NCBI GenBank assembly: GCA_965215505.1
Contig: OZ244065.1
Coordinates: forward strand, 4,160,001 to 4,224,000
DNA from: Capsulimonadaceae bacterium
GTDB taxonomy: Bacteria > Armatimonadota > Armatimonadia > Armatimonadales > Capsulimonadaceae
Length of the DNA: 64,000 nucleotides
Reading direction: 5' to 3'
Each line of letters starts with the position of its first letter. The first letter of the stretch is position 1. Below the pieces are notes generated by a model. It was not told where the DNA came from. It saw only the letters and a program-made list of their open reading frames with translations, and ran no database searches. A program made the translations under genes and the position numbers. This document shows positions 1-9,237 of this stretch, in pieces.

Positions 1-2442
1 CTGGCCCTCATGGAACACTTCTGCCGGGAGGGGCGCAACGTCCTCCTGATCGCGCCCAAGAACATCCTGGACAGCAGTTGGCGCGGGTATCTGGACCGAT
101 ACCTGCGCCGCTACCGCGAGCCTTTCGGCAACATCACGGAGATGTCCATGACCGAGTTCGGGTTTTCGGCGGAGGACCCCAAGAACGGCCCCCCGGCGGC
201 CGGCGACCTCCTGGACAAGCGCCACCTGCGCGATGACCTGTGGGACCGGGCGGATGTCATCGTCATTGACGAGGCGCATAACTTCCGCACGCCGTCCGCC
301 GCGCGCTACCAGAACCTGTTCCGCATCGTGCAGGAGGCGCGCGGGCAGCGCAAGAAGGTCATCCTGCTGACGGCGACGCCGATCAACACCGAGTACGCCG
401 ACCTCAGCGCCCAGGTGGCTCTGATCACCCAGGACAAGGGGACCGTCGGCGGCTACGGCATCGCCCAGGTCCGCCGGTCCGCCTTGCTGCTGGATAACGA
501 GATCCGGCAGAGGAAGAAGGCCGACGACGTGCTGCCGTCCGGCCAGCTCAGTCTGGAGTTGCGCGAGACGGACAGCCAGGTCCTCAACGGCGTCCTGGAG
601 GCGGTCCTCATCCAGCGCAGCCGCAAGACCTGCAAGGCGCTTGCCGAGGCGGCGGGGAAACATTTACGGTTCCCTCACCGGAACCCGCCTCAGACGGTCG
701 GCTATGACCTCGGGGACGCCTTCCCCGAGTTCCGCGCCATGATCGCCGTCGCCGAGCGCCGCTTCGCCCCCGGCGTCGCCCTCTACAGGCAGATGCGGGA
801 GGAGGCCGACAAGGCGGACGCCCAGGAGCGCGCGCCGCGCCCGGTCAGGGACATCAAGAAGAAACTGCCGGGCATCAAGCTGGCCGCGTTCCTGCTGGAA
901 CAGTACCGCTACGAGGCCGAGGGCGGGCGGAAGCGATACCAGGACGAGGTGCGGCTGGCGGGCCTGGTTTACTCCAACGCCCTCAAACAGCTCGAAAGCA
1001 GCCCGCCCGCCTTCCAGGGCATCCTGCAAAGCCTGGGCGAAGGCCTGATCGCCCGGCTGGAATTCGTCTTCGGCAGGGACGCCGCCCGCCCGCTGATCGA
1101 GCCGCACCTTGCCTGGGTGCGGACGCCCCTGTTCCCCCGCCCCGCCGCCGAGAAGGCCGAGGACGGGGAGGAAGACCCGGAGGCTGAGATGGCCGATGCG
1201 GAGGCGCTGGACCTGTCCGGGTCCGACACCGACGACTGGCTCTTCCAGGCCGTGCGGGAGCGGCAGTTGCCGCGCAAGCTGGCCGGCTTCACTGGGGACA
1301 GGTATGACCTGGAACGCTGGCAGGCCGACATCCGGGCCGACCTGTCCTACCTGCAAGAGATCCACGCCGCCGCCCTGGAAGCAAGGCGCAGGCCTGACCC
1401 CAAGCTTGAAAAGGTGCTGCCGCTCGTCGCCGCTGAGGTCGCCCAGGGCAGGCGCGTCCTGGTCTTCACGCAGAGCCGACGCACGGCGGACTATCTGGAA
1501 CGGGAGCTGAGAATCCCCGGCGCGCATGTCGCCCGCGTGGACTCGCGCGTGGAGGACACGCGGGCCGCCCTACTCCACGCCTTCTGCCCTGGCTATAACC
1601 CAAGCCCGCCCGGCCCCTGGCCCGCCTCCCTGCCGCGCCGGGTGGACGTGCTGGTCTCGACGGACGTCCTCTCGGAAGGGGTCAACTTGCAGGAGGCCGG
1701 GGCCATCCTGAACTATGACATCCACTGGAACCCCGTCCGGCTCATCCAGCGCATCGGGCGCGTGGACCGGCGCTTGGACCCGGACATCACGCCGCACGCC
1801 CACTCGTTCGACATCTACAACGTCCTGCCGCCGGCCGAGATAGACAGCATCCTCCAACTCGTCGGCGTCGTCGAGAACCGCACCCTGCGGATCAGCCGGA
1901 CGCTGGGGCTGGACGCCTCGTTCTTCAAAAGCACCGACCCCGCCGGGAACCTGATCGAGTTCAACAGCCGCTACGAGGGCGAGATGACCGGCACCGACCG
2001 CGCCCTGGCCGACTGGCTGCGCCAGAAGGCCCAGCCGGACCCGGACCTTGCCAGCGCGCTCGCCACCCTGCCGCCGGGCGCCTTCGGCGTCTGGAAGGGT
2101 GCCCCGCAGGACGGCCTGTTCGCCCTGTTCACCCTGCAATGGAATGTCAAGGATGAGGCGGTCCCCGCGCCCGACAAGGCCCGCTTCGGGGCGGAGATCG
2201 GCCGCCCCCTCCTCGCCCTGGAACGGCCCGGCCTGCCGCCGCTGATGGCGGCGGGGGAGATCTTCGACCTGCTGCGCGGCACGGTCAAAGGCCAGGTGTC
2301 CGGGCTGCCCTCGGGCGAGAAGGAATTGGGGGAGCGCCTGAAAAAACTCCGCAATGCCGTCCGCCAGCAGTTCGCCGCCATTGACCTGCCCAAGTCCGTC
2401 GTGCCGCGCCTCGTGTGCTGGATGGAGTGGAGAACGAAATGA
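1..2442 (+). CDS. SF2 (SNF2-like) helicase/translocase of a restriction-type defence system; 5' partial
   Basis: Frame is open from base 1. Motifs IDEAHNFR (II), LLTATP (III), SEGVNLQ (V), WNPVRLIQRIGRVDR (VI). Stop overlaps the next start (ATGA 2439-2442). Confidence 0.9.
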   Translation: MALMEHFCREGRNVLLIAPKNILDSSWRGYLDRYLRRYREPFGNITEMSMTEFGFSAEDPKNGPPAAGDLLDKRHLRDDLWDRADVIVIDEAHNFRTPSAARYQNLFRIVQEARGQRKKVILLTATPINTEYADLSAQVALITQDKGTVGGYGIAQVRRSALLLDNEIRQRKKADDVLPSGQLSLELRETDSQVLNGVLEAVLIQRSRKTCKALAEAAGKHLRFPHRNPPQTVGYDLGDAFPEFRAMIAVAERRFAPGVALYRQMREEADKADAQERAPRPVRDIKKKLPGIKLAAFLLEQYRYEAEGGRKRYQDEVRLAGLVYSNALKQLESSPPAFQGILQSLGEGLIARLEFVFGRDAARPLIEPHLAWVRTPLFPRPAAEKAEDGEEDPEAEMADAEALDLSGSDTDDWLFQAVRERQLPRKLAGFTGDRYDLERWQADIRADLSYLQEIHAAALEARRRPDPKLEKVLPLVAAEVAQGRRVLVFTQSRRTADYLERELRIPGAHVARVDSRVEDTRAALLHAFCPGYNPSPPGPWPASLPRRVDVLVSTDVLSEGVNLQEAGAILNYDIHWNPVRLIQRIGRVDRRLDPDITPHAHSFDIYNVLPPAEIDSILQLVGVVENRTLRISRTLGLDASFFKSTDPAGNLIEFNSRYEGEMTGTDRALADWLRQKAQPDPDLASALATLPPGAFGVWKGAPQDGLFALFTLQWNVKDEAVPAPDKARFGAEIGRPLLALERPGLPPLMAAGEIFDLLRGTVKGQVSGLPSGEKELGERLKKLRNAVRQQFAAIDLPKSVVPRLVCWMEWRTK

Positions 2443-5400
2443 TCGCGATCACGCCGCAAGACCTCGCGCGCGTCCAGGGCCGCGAAACCCTGTTCGCCTT
2501 CCTCCGTGACCGCCTGGACTGGCCCCTGGACCCCGCCGACACCTTCACCTACGATGAGCCGCTGCTGGATGGCACCACGCCCCATGTCACCGTCAGCCGC
2601 CTGGTCCCGTTCGGCGCGGGCGATCCGTTCCTCCTCCTGCTGGCCGAGTGGGAGACTCCCCTGCGCCGGGGCGAATTGCGTGAAGTCCTGCGCGCCGTCC
2701 GCGCCCGCATCCGCCGCGAAGGGGCCTATGGGGGCCGCGCCCTGGATGAGATCATTTTCGTCTGCCCCGCCGAAGAGTACAGATCGGTCTGGTTCGCCCA
2801 CTTCGAAGAGCGCGAAGGACGGCAGCCCAAGCTGGAAGCCTTCGGCTGGGAGGCCGACCGCCTGGACTCCACCCGGACACTGCGCGAGGTCAACCTGCCC
2901 GCCCTCGCCATGCCGCCCCTGAACCTCCTGGATGAGCCGGACTGGACATCGGGCTACCGGCAGTGGCTGGCCGCCTGGGACGTGGAAGCCGTCACCCGCG
3001 CCTTCTTCAAGGACTACCGGGAGGTCTTCGGCGGCGTCCGCGACGCGCTCCCGCCCGATTTCACCGGCGACCGGACCTTGTGGACGCAGCGGCTCTTCAA
3101 CCGGCTGCTGTTCATCCACTTTCTGTCCCAGAAGCGGGAAGGCTGGCTGCGCTTTGGGGGCAGCAAGGACTATTTGCGCGCCCTCTGGGACGGCCGGGAC
3201 CGGGCCGAGAACTTCTACCGTGCCCACCTGCGCCCGCTGTTCTTCACGGCCCTGAACAACAAGCATGTCCGCAGCCTGCGCGAAGACAACCCGACCCTGT
3301 ACGCCCTCATCGGGGACGTGCCGTACCTCAACGGCGGCCTGTTCGAAAAGGCCGACGACGATGACGCCGTGCTGGCCGTCCCCGATGAGGCCCTCCAGGC
3401 CGTCCTGAGCCTCTTCGGGCGCTACCGGTTCACCATCACCGAAAGCACGCCCGACGACGTGGAGGTGGCCGTGGACCCCGAAATGCTGGGCAAGGTCTTC
3501 GAGGAGCTTGTCACCGGCCGCCACGAGTCCGGCTCCTACTACACCCCCCGCCCCGTCGTCGCCTTCATGTGCCGCGAAGCACTCAAAGGATACCTGGGTG
3601 GCGGCCCGCCCATCGCCGCCCTCGTGGACGGGCGCAGCGCCGATGCCCTGACGCGCAAGGACGCCGCCGCCCTGCTGCACCGGCTGGCCGCCGTCCGCGT
3701 CGTGGACCCCGCCTGCGGGTCCGGCGCGTACCTCCTCGGCATGCTGCACGAGTTGTACGCGCTGACCGGCCTGCTGGAACTGCGCGCCGACCCGCTCTCC
3801 GCCCGGGACCAGTACAAGCGAAAGCTGGGCATCATCCAGAACGCCCTCTACGGCGTGGACCTCGACCCCTTCGCCGTCAACGTCGCCCGGCTCCGGCTGT
3901 GGCTCTCGCTCGCCGTGGAGCATACCGGGGACACCCCGGAGCCGCTGCCCAACCTCGACTTCAAAGTGGAGGTCGGCGACAGCCTCGCCGTCCCGCTCCC
4001 GCAGCGCGACCTGACCGGCGACATCTTCCGGCAGGCACAGCTCGACGAGTACAAGGCCGTCAAGCGCGAGTACGGCTCCCCCTACTGCATCGGGGATCGC
4101 AAGGCGCTGAGGGAGCAGATCGCCGGACTCAAGCGCGAACTCGCCGCCTGGGCGCACCCGCCGTCCAAGGGCAAGGAGGCCGCCCCCATCGCGGGCTTCG
4201 ACTGGCAGGTGGAGTTCGCCGAGGTCTTCACGACCGAGGAACCCCTGTCCGATGTGGGCGGGGCCATGAACTTCGGCGGGACGCTGGCTGAAGCGCCGAC
4301 GCCGGGCGGCTTCGACATCGTGCTGGCGAACCCGCCCTATGTCCGGCAGGAACTCATCACCGCCCAGAAGCCCGCCCTGAAAGCCGCCTACCCCGCCGTC
4401 TACAACGGCACCGCCGACCTGTATACCTACTTCTATGCCCGCGCCGTGCAGCTCCTGAAGCCCGGCGGGATGCTGGCGTTCATCTCGCCGAACAAGTGGT
4501 TCCGGGCAGGCTATGGGGCGAACCTGCGGCGCTACCTGGCGGAGACGTGCCGCGTGGACAGCATCACGGACTTCGGGGACCTGCCGGTCTTCCAGGCCGC
4601 GTCTACCTATCCTATGATCTTCATCGCTCAGAGAGAGGGCGGAGAGGGTGTCGTGAGATACACTATCGTCAAATCGTTAGAGCCACCCTATCCTGATCTG
4701 CTTACTGTCATTGCGAAGAATGGGCAAGCACTTCCATCAGGTGCCTTGCTTGGGGAGACATGGTCGTTCGCAGTAGGCACCCAAGCTGGCCTGATCCCCC
4801 GTCTCATCCGTGCTGGTGTTCCTCTTCGGGACTATGTTTCTTCACGCACCTACCGTGGTGTCACGACTGGTTTTAACAACGCCTTTGTCATAGACGGGGT
4901 AACTCGCTCACGTTTGATCGATGAGGACGAAAAGAGTGAAGACCTGATTAAACCTCTTGCGCTTGGACGCGACATTAGGCGGTGGACCATAGATAGGCAG
5001 AACAGATGGCTGATCTTTACCCGAAGGGGCGTTGACATCACTTCCTACCCCGCAATCAGGGAACATCTCGAAAGCTGGCAGAGCGAACTGACCCCTAAAG
5101 TAAATGCTGATGGGGTAGGCCGCAAGCCAGGAAATTATAAGTGGTACGAGATACAGGATGAAAGCGCCTACTACAAGGTCTTCGATGGTCCCAAGATTGT
5201 GTCCACGAAGGTATCTCTACGTCCCACGTTCTGCCTAGATTTCACAGGACATTATCTGGGCAACACCTCATATTGCTTTCCTGTCGTCAAAGATGCAAAC
5301 TATGTTTTAGGTGTTCTCAACTCAAGTACTTTCCTCGCCTACGCGAAAGAAGTGTTTGTCGAGAAGCTGAATGGATGGTATGAGGTCCAACCTAAGGGCT

Positions 5401-5549
5401 TAGAGGCTTTCCCTATCCCTCAAGCCTCAGACGCCGACCGGGCCGCCGTCGCCGCCCTCGTGCAGAAGTGCCTGGACGCCAAGGGGGTGGACTGCGGGGC
5501 GTGGGAGGCGGAGATCGACGCGCGGGTGGCCGCGCTGTACGGGCTGTGA
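2439..5549 (+). CDS. Eco57I/type IIG-like N6-adenine DNA methyltransferase with C-terminal TaqI_C-like specificity region
   Basis: Motifs PYLNGGLF, DPEMLGKVFEEL, GSYYTP, VVDPACGSGAYL (motif I), GFDIVLANPPY (motif IV), KWYEIQD. Confidence 0.92.
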   Translation: MIAITPQDLARVQGRETLFAFLRDRLDWPLDPADTFTYDEPLLDGTTPHVTVSRLVPFGAGDPFLLLLAEWETPLRRGELREVLRAVRARIRREGAYGGRALDEIIFVCPAEEYRSVWFAHFEEREGRQPKLEAFGWEADRLDSTRTLREVNLPALAMPPLNLLDEPDWTSGYRQWLAAWDVEAVTRAFFKDYREVFGGVRDALPPDFTGDRTLWTQRLFNRLLFIHFLSQKREGWLRFGGSKDYLRALWDGRDRAENFYRAHLRPLFFTALNNKHVRSLREDNPTLYALIGDVPYLNGGLFEKADDDDAVLAVPDEALQAVLSLFGRYRFTITESTPDDVEVAVDPEMLGKVFEELVTGRHESGSYYTPRPVVAFMCREALKGYLGGGPPIAALVDGRSADALTRKDAAALLHRLAAVRVVDPACGSGAYLLGMLHELYALTGLLELRADPLSARDQYKRKLGIIQNALYGVDLDPFAVNVARLRLWLSLAVEHTGDTPEPLPNLDFKVEVGDSLAVPLPQRDLTGDIFRQAQLDEYKAVKREYGSPYCIGDRKALREQIAGLKRELAAWAHPPSKGKEAAPIAGFDWQVEFAEVFTTEEPLSDVGGAMNFGGTLAEAPTPGGFDIVLANPPYVRQELITAQKPALKAAYPAVYNGTADLYTYFYARAVQLLKPGGMLAFISPNKWFRAGYGANLRRYLAETCRVDSITDFGDLPVFQAASTYPMIFIAQREGGEGVVRYTIVKSLEPPYPDLLTVIAKNGQALPSGALLGETWSFAVGTQAGLIPRLIRAGVPLRDYVSSRTYRGVTTGFNNAFVIDGVTRSRLIDEDEKSEDLIKPLALGRDIRRWTIDRQNRWLIFTRRGVDITSYPAIREHLESWQSELTPKVNADGVGRKPGNYKWYEIQDESAYYKVFDGPKIVSTKVSLRPTFCLDFTGHYLGNTSYCFPVVKDANYVLGVLNSSTFLAYAKEVFVEKLNGWYEVQPKGLEAFPIPQASDADRAAVAALVQKCLDAKGVDCGAWEAEIDARVAALYGL

Positions 5550-5552
5550 GGG

Positions 5553-5558
5553 TATAAT
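5553..5558 (+). promoter_or_regulatory. -10 element upstream of the toxin-antitoxin genes
   Basis: TATAAT just after the methyltransferase stop; no clear -35. Confidence 0.4.
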
Positions 5559-5618
5559 GGGGACACGATGCGGGGGGGCAGGAAGCCGCGAGGGAAGCCG
5601 CCCCGGAGGAAGCCTCAC

Positions 5619-5942
5619 ATGACGACCGTGACCATTGACGATGAACTCGCCGGACGCCTGCGCGCCCTGCGCGGCGAGGACTTCGACCGGGCGGTGGCGG
5701 AAGCCATCGCGGAGACGGTGCGCCGCTGGGAGTGGGAGGCGGCGGGCCGGGCCGAGATGCGGGCCTTGCTGGACGGGCCGCGCCACACGCCCGCCGAGGC
5801 CGACGACCGGGTCCGGCGCAAGTACGGCCTCCCCGACCTGTCCCACCTGACCGACGACGCGCTGGCCGATCAGGCGGAAGCCACCCTGGCGGGCCTCCCC
5901 CCGGAGAAGGTCGCGGAAGCGCGCCGCCTGGGCCTGGCATGA
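5619..5942 (+). CDS. Putative antitoxin with RHH-like N-terminus
   Basis: MTTVTIDDELAGRLRAL; GGAGG RBS; ATGA overlap with the downstream toxin-like gene. Confidence 0.55.
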   Translation: MTTVTIDDELAGRLRALRGEDFDRAVAEAIAETVRRWEWEAAGRAEMRALLDGPRHTPAEADDRVRRKYGLPDLSHLTDDALADQAEATLAGLPPEKVAEARRLGLA

Positions 5943-6349
5943 GAGTCCCGGACAGCGAGGAGCCGGAGCCGCCCCAGCTCGTGGTCGTGGAAAGCGACCC
6001 CTTTGAAGCAGACCGGGACCGGGCGATCCTGTCCGTCAGCCGCCTCCTCGGCCCAAAGGCGGCGGGGGAATGGGCCTCGGGCCTGTCGCGGATCTTGAGT
6101 GCCCTGCCCGGCTTCCCCGGCCCGCTCTCCCACGCCCGAGACGAGGTGGCGTCGGCATTCTACGGCCGGGAGGTGCGTCGCCTGCTGTACTACGGCCCGA
6201 CCCGCCGCCGTTCCGGGACGCCCGTCCGCCTCCTCTTCGTGGTGCTGTCCCCCGACCCCGCCGAGCCGCCCGAGACGGCGGAATCCGTAGTCTTCTTGCT
6301 GCGCCTGCTGCATGGGGCGCAAGTCCTTCAGCCGGACGCTCCCTCATGA
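5939..6349 (+). CDS. ParE/RelE-like toxin
   Basis: Pattern AAGEWASGLSRILSALPGFP...REVRRLLY...RLLF...VFLLRLLHGAQ fits the RelE/ParE superfamily. Confidence 0.65.
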   Translation: MRVPDSEEPEPPQLVVVESDPFEADRDRAILSVSRLLGPKAAGEWASGLSRILSALPGFPGPLSHARDEVASAFYGREVRRLLYYGPTRRRSGTPVRLLFVVLSPDPAEPPETAESVVFLLRLLHGAQVLQPDAPS

Positions 6350-6600
6350 CCATCACCCTGGACCTGACGCCCGAAGAACACGCCATCCTCCGCCGCCGCG
6401 CCGAAGCGGAGGGGACGGACATCGAGGCCGTCCTGCGCGGCCTCATCGCCCGGCTGACGCCGCCCCCTGCCTCAACCCTGATGCCGGGGGCCGTGCCGGA
6501 CGACCCGGAAGAGCGGGCCGAGCGCGACCGGGAGCGGGCGGAGGTTCAGGCGAACCTCGAACGCTGGCGCTCGGAGCAGGGGCGGCCCCCGTTGGGGTGA
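6346..6600 (+). CDS. Small RHH-like antitoxin-type protein
   Basis: MTITLDLTPEEHAILRRRAEAEGTDIEAVLRGLI; ATGA-coupled to the toxin gene. Confidence 0.55.
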   Translation: MTITLDLTPEEHAILRRRAEAEGTDIEAVLRGLIARLTPPPASTLMPGAVPDDPEERAERDRERAEVQANLERWRSEQGRPPLG

Positions 6601-6632
6601 GCGCTGCGGGGAAAGTAAGGCAGAGCAAGGCC

Positions 6633-7001
6633 ATGAAGACCATCAAGACTTACGCCTTCTGGGGGTGGCGCGGCGTGACCGCCGTCGTCTTCGCCGTCGT
6701 CTGCGTTCAGGTGGTGCGGGGCGGCTTCGGCAGCAGCCTGGGGGAACTGTCGCCTCGGGACATAGTCGGGGCCGTGCTCGCATACGGCTTGTGGGCGTTC
6801 TTCGCGCTGGGGTTCAGCGCCATCGTCGCCCTCCCCGGTGCCGCCCTTGGTGCGCTCCTCGGCTGGGCCGTGCAGCGGTCCCGACGTCCCGCCCCGCCGC
6901 CCCCCGCCCCTGCGGCGGAGGGGGGACAGGTCTGGCCCCCAACCCCCAGCACGAGCGCCGCGCGACCCCGCCTGCCGGATCAACCCGAGGACGGGCGGTA
7001 G
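6633..7001 (+). CDS. Hypothetical membrane protein with VWPPxP tail
   Basis: Two hydrophobic segments and a Pro-rich tail containing QVWPPTP. Confidence 0.55.
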   Translation: MKTIKTYAFWGWRGVTAVVFAVVCVQVVRGGFGSSLGELSPRDIVGAVLAYGLWAFFALGFSAIVALPGAALGALLGWAVQRSRRPAPPPPAPAAEGGQVWPPTPSTSAARPRLPDQPEDGR

Positions 7002-7195
7002 ACCTTTGGAGGGGAGATGTCAGACTTGATCCGCGCCCTCCTCTGCGGCCTCGGAATCGTGCTGGCCTGTCGCCGGCTGAGCCGACGCGCCCAAGCCAAA
7101 GAAGCAAAGACGCCGGGGGCGGCCCCCCGGCCTGAACGGGTGCGGGAAGCCCCCCAAGTAAGCCAAATCTCCGGGCGTCTCCTCGCCCGCCGCCG

Positions 7196-7693
7196 TCAGG
7201 TTTCGGGCCGGTAGCCTTCATCGGCGGGGAGGTCGTCGGCCTGGGAGGCGCGGACGGCCAGCACGTCGCAGCGCTCATTCTCCGGATGACCGGCGTGCCC
7301 CTTCACCCATTCGAACGCGACCTCATGCTGGGCGCACAGGTCGAGCAGCCGGCCCCACAGGTCCGTGTTGATGGCCTTGTCCTTCTTGTTCCGACGCCAG
7401 CCGTTCGCCCGCCACCGCTCCGCCCAGCCCTGGGTGATGCTCCCGGCGACGTACTGCGAGTCGGTGTAAACGACGACGGAACACCGGAAGCGCAGCGCCT
7501 CCAGCCCCGCGATCACGGCCATCAGCTCCATGCGGTTGTTGGTCGTCTGCCGGAATCCCGCCGACATCTCCTTCCGCTTCCCGCCCGATGTGAGGATGAG
7601 GCCGTAGCCGCCCGGCCCCGGATTCCCCGAACAGGCCCCGTCGGTGTAGAGAATGACGCGCTTCGGTCCACTCGTTTCAGTCGTTTCAGTCAT
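7196..7693 (-). CDS. rnhA: Ribonuclease HI
   Basis: [42 protein letters not shown]. Confidence 0.97.
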   Translation of the reverse strand: MTETTETSGPKRVILYTDGACSGNPGPGGYGLILTSGGKRKEMSAGFRQTTNNRMELMAVIAGLEALRFRCSVVVYTDSQYVAGSITQGWAERWRANGWRRNKKDKAINTDLWGRLLDLCAQHEVAFEWVKGHAGHPENERCDVLAVRASQADDLPADEGYRPET

Positions 7694-7903
7694 TGCCGCC
7701 TCTTCGCCGTGGGCCGTCCTGACTCCTGCTGTGGCTGCCATCGGTGCGGGGTCATCCAGTCGCCGGGCAGAAAAACTAGATGACCCTAAGCATCGGTGCA
7801 AAGATCAACGGTTCCCCCTGCAATTCTCATGCGGCGCTAATCCGCCGGTGTCATAATGGGGTGGTACGGCAATCATCCTGGAAAACAAGGGACCCCTTCA
7901 AAC

Positions 7904-8884
7904 ATGACACTCAGCCCACTCCTGACGCGGACGCTTCTGTCCGCCGCCCTCGGCCTGGCATCAGTCACGGCATTCGCGGGGCCGCCGCTCATCGCCCACG
8001 CCCCGATTACTGTCCCCGGCGGGCCGGGCGGCTTCGACTGGATGCTCGTGGACCGCGCCCAGAACCGGCTCTACGCCACCCACGGCGGCACCAAGACGCT
8101 GACGGTCCTGGACCTGAACACGGGGGCCGTGCGGAATGTCAACGCCGGGGCGGTTTCCGGCATCGCCGTGGACACTGCGGGCGGCCGGGTGTTTACGGGC
8201 GGGGCCGACCAGAAGCTCGTCATCCTGGACGACAAGACACTGGAAAAGACCGGCGAGGTCGCCGTCCCCGGCCCCATAGACGACATCCGGTACGACCCCA
8301 GGAATGGCCTGGTCTATGCCGCCCACGATGACGGCGCGGACGACTGGGCCATCGATGCCAGGGCGAAAAAGATCGTCGCGACCATCCCCGTCCCCGGTGC
8401 CCCCGAGGCGTTCGCCTACGATGCCGGGACGCGCCTGCTCTACCAGAACATCAAGCCCGCCGACTGCATGGACGTGATCGACCCCGCGACCAACAAGGTC
8501 GTCGCCACCTGGCCCACCCTCCCGGCGAAGGAGCCGCACGGGCTGGTCATAGACGATGCCACCAACCGCCTCTTCTCGGCGGGCTGGAACGGCTATCTGG
8601 CCGTCCTCAGCCTGAAGACGGGGAAAGTCGTCGCCTCGGTGGCGATCGCGCCGAACACCGACCAGATCGCGTTCGACCCCAAGCGGCGTCGCATCTACTG
8701 CGCCTCGCGCGGCTTCGTGTCGGTGGTCCAGGAGACGGCGGGGGGCGGCGTCCGGTCCCTGGGCGACGTGCCCTCCCCCAAGGGCGCGCACACGCTGGCC
8801 CTGGACCCGCTGACCGGTGACGTCTGGGTTTCCTACAGCGACGGGACCGCCAGCCACCTCCAGAAGTTCAGCGTCTCGGACTAG
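7904..8884 (+). CDS. Secreted YVTN/YncE-type beta-propeller protein
   Basis: Signal peptide; repeated blades such as VIDPATNKVVATW and IDARAKKIVATIPV. Confidence 0.8.
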   Translation: MTLSPLLTRTLLSAALGLASVTAFAGPPLIAHAPITVPGGPGGFDWMLVDRAQNRLYATHGGTKTLTVLDLNTGAVRNVNAGAVSGIAVDTAGGRVFTGGADQKLVILDDKTLEKTGEVAVPGPIDDIRYDPRNGLVYAAHDDGADDWAIDARAKKIVATIPVPGAPEAFAYDAGTRLLYQNIKPADCMDVIDPATNKVVATWPTLPAKEPHGLVIDDATNRLFSAGWNGYLAVLSLKTGKVVASVAIAPNTDQIAFDPKRRRIYCASRGFVSVVQETAGGGVRSLGDVPSPKGAHTLALDPLTGDVWVSYSDGTASHLQKFSVSD

Positions 8885-9138
8885 CCCCGGAGGGTGTGAT
8901 GGTGGCGGTGCCCCCGGTGCGCGTGGGTCAGCCAGGAGCGGCAGCCGTGGGCCGGGCCGTGCCCGTGCTGGATCAGCACCGGCGCGGCCAGAGCCAGGGC
9001 TACGAGGAGGAGGGCGGCCCGGAGGTAGCCGCGCCGCCGCCGCGCCTCCCTCCTATAGACCTGATGGGCCGCCACCTTCCGGCGGATCTCGTCGGGGGTG
9101 GAGTTCTGGTGCTGGTTTGTCTCGCCCGGTTCACCCAT
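8881..9138 (-). CDS. Small hypothetical membrane protein with His-rich tail
   Basis: One TM segment (AALLLVALALAAPVLI) and tail HAHRGHRHHH. Confidence 0.4.
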   Translation of the reverse strand: MGEPGETNQHQNSTPDEIRRKVAAHQVYRREARRRRGYLRAALLLVALALAAPVLIQHGHGPAHGCRSWLTHAHRGHRHHHTLRG

Positions 9139-9187
9139 GATGGACCCATTATAGCAGGCTAACATTAGACGAGCATTAAACGGACAT

Positions 9188-9211
9188 CAGCCACCCCCTG
9201 CGGGGTGGCTG
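9188..9211. terminator. GC-rich hairpin, probable terminator of the minus-strand kinase genes
   Basis: CAGCCACCCC-CTGC-GGGGTGGCTG, 10-bp stem just downstream of the 9238 stop; weak U-tract. Confidence 0.45.
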
Positions 9212-9237
9212 TGTGCTGCTCGGGGGTGTTCATCCGC

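Noticed and set aside
7017-7214. 65-aa ORF overlapping the rnhA 3' end
   Set aside because: It has a plausible RBS and hydrophobic N-terminus but too little support to call.
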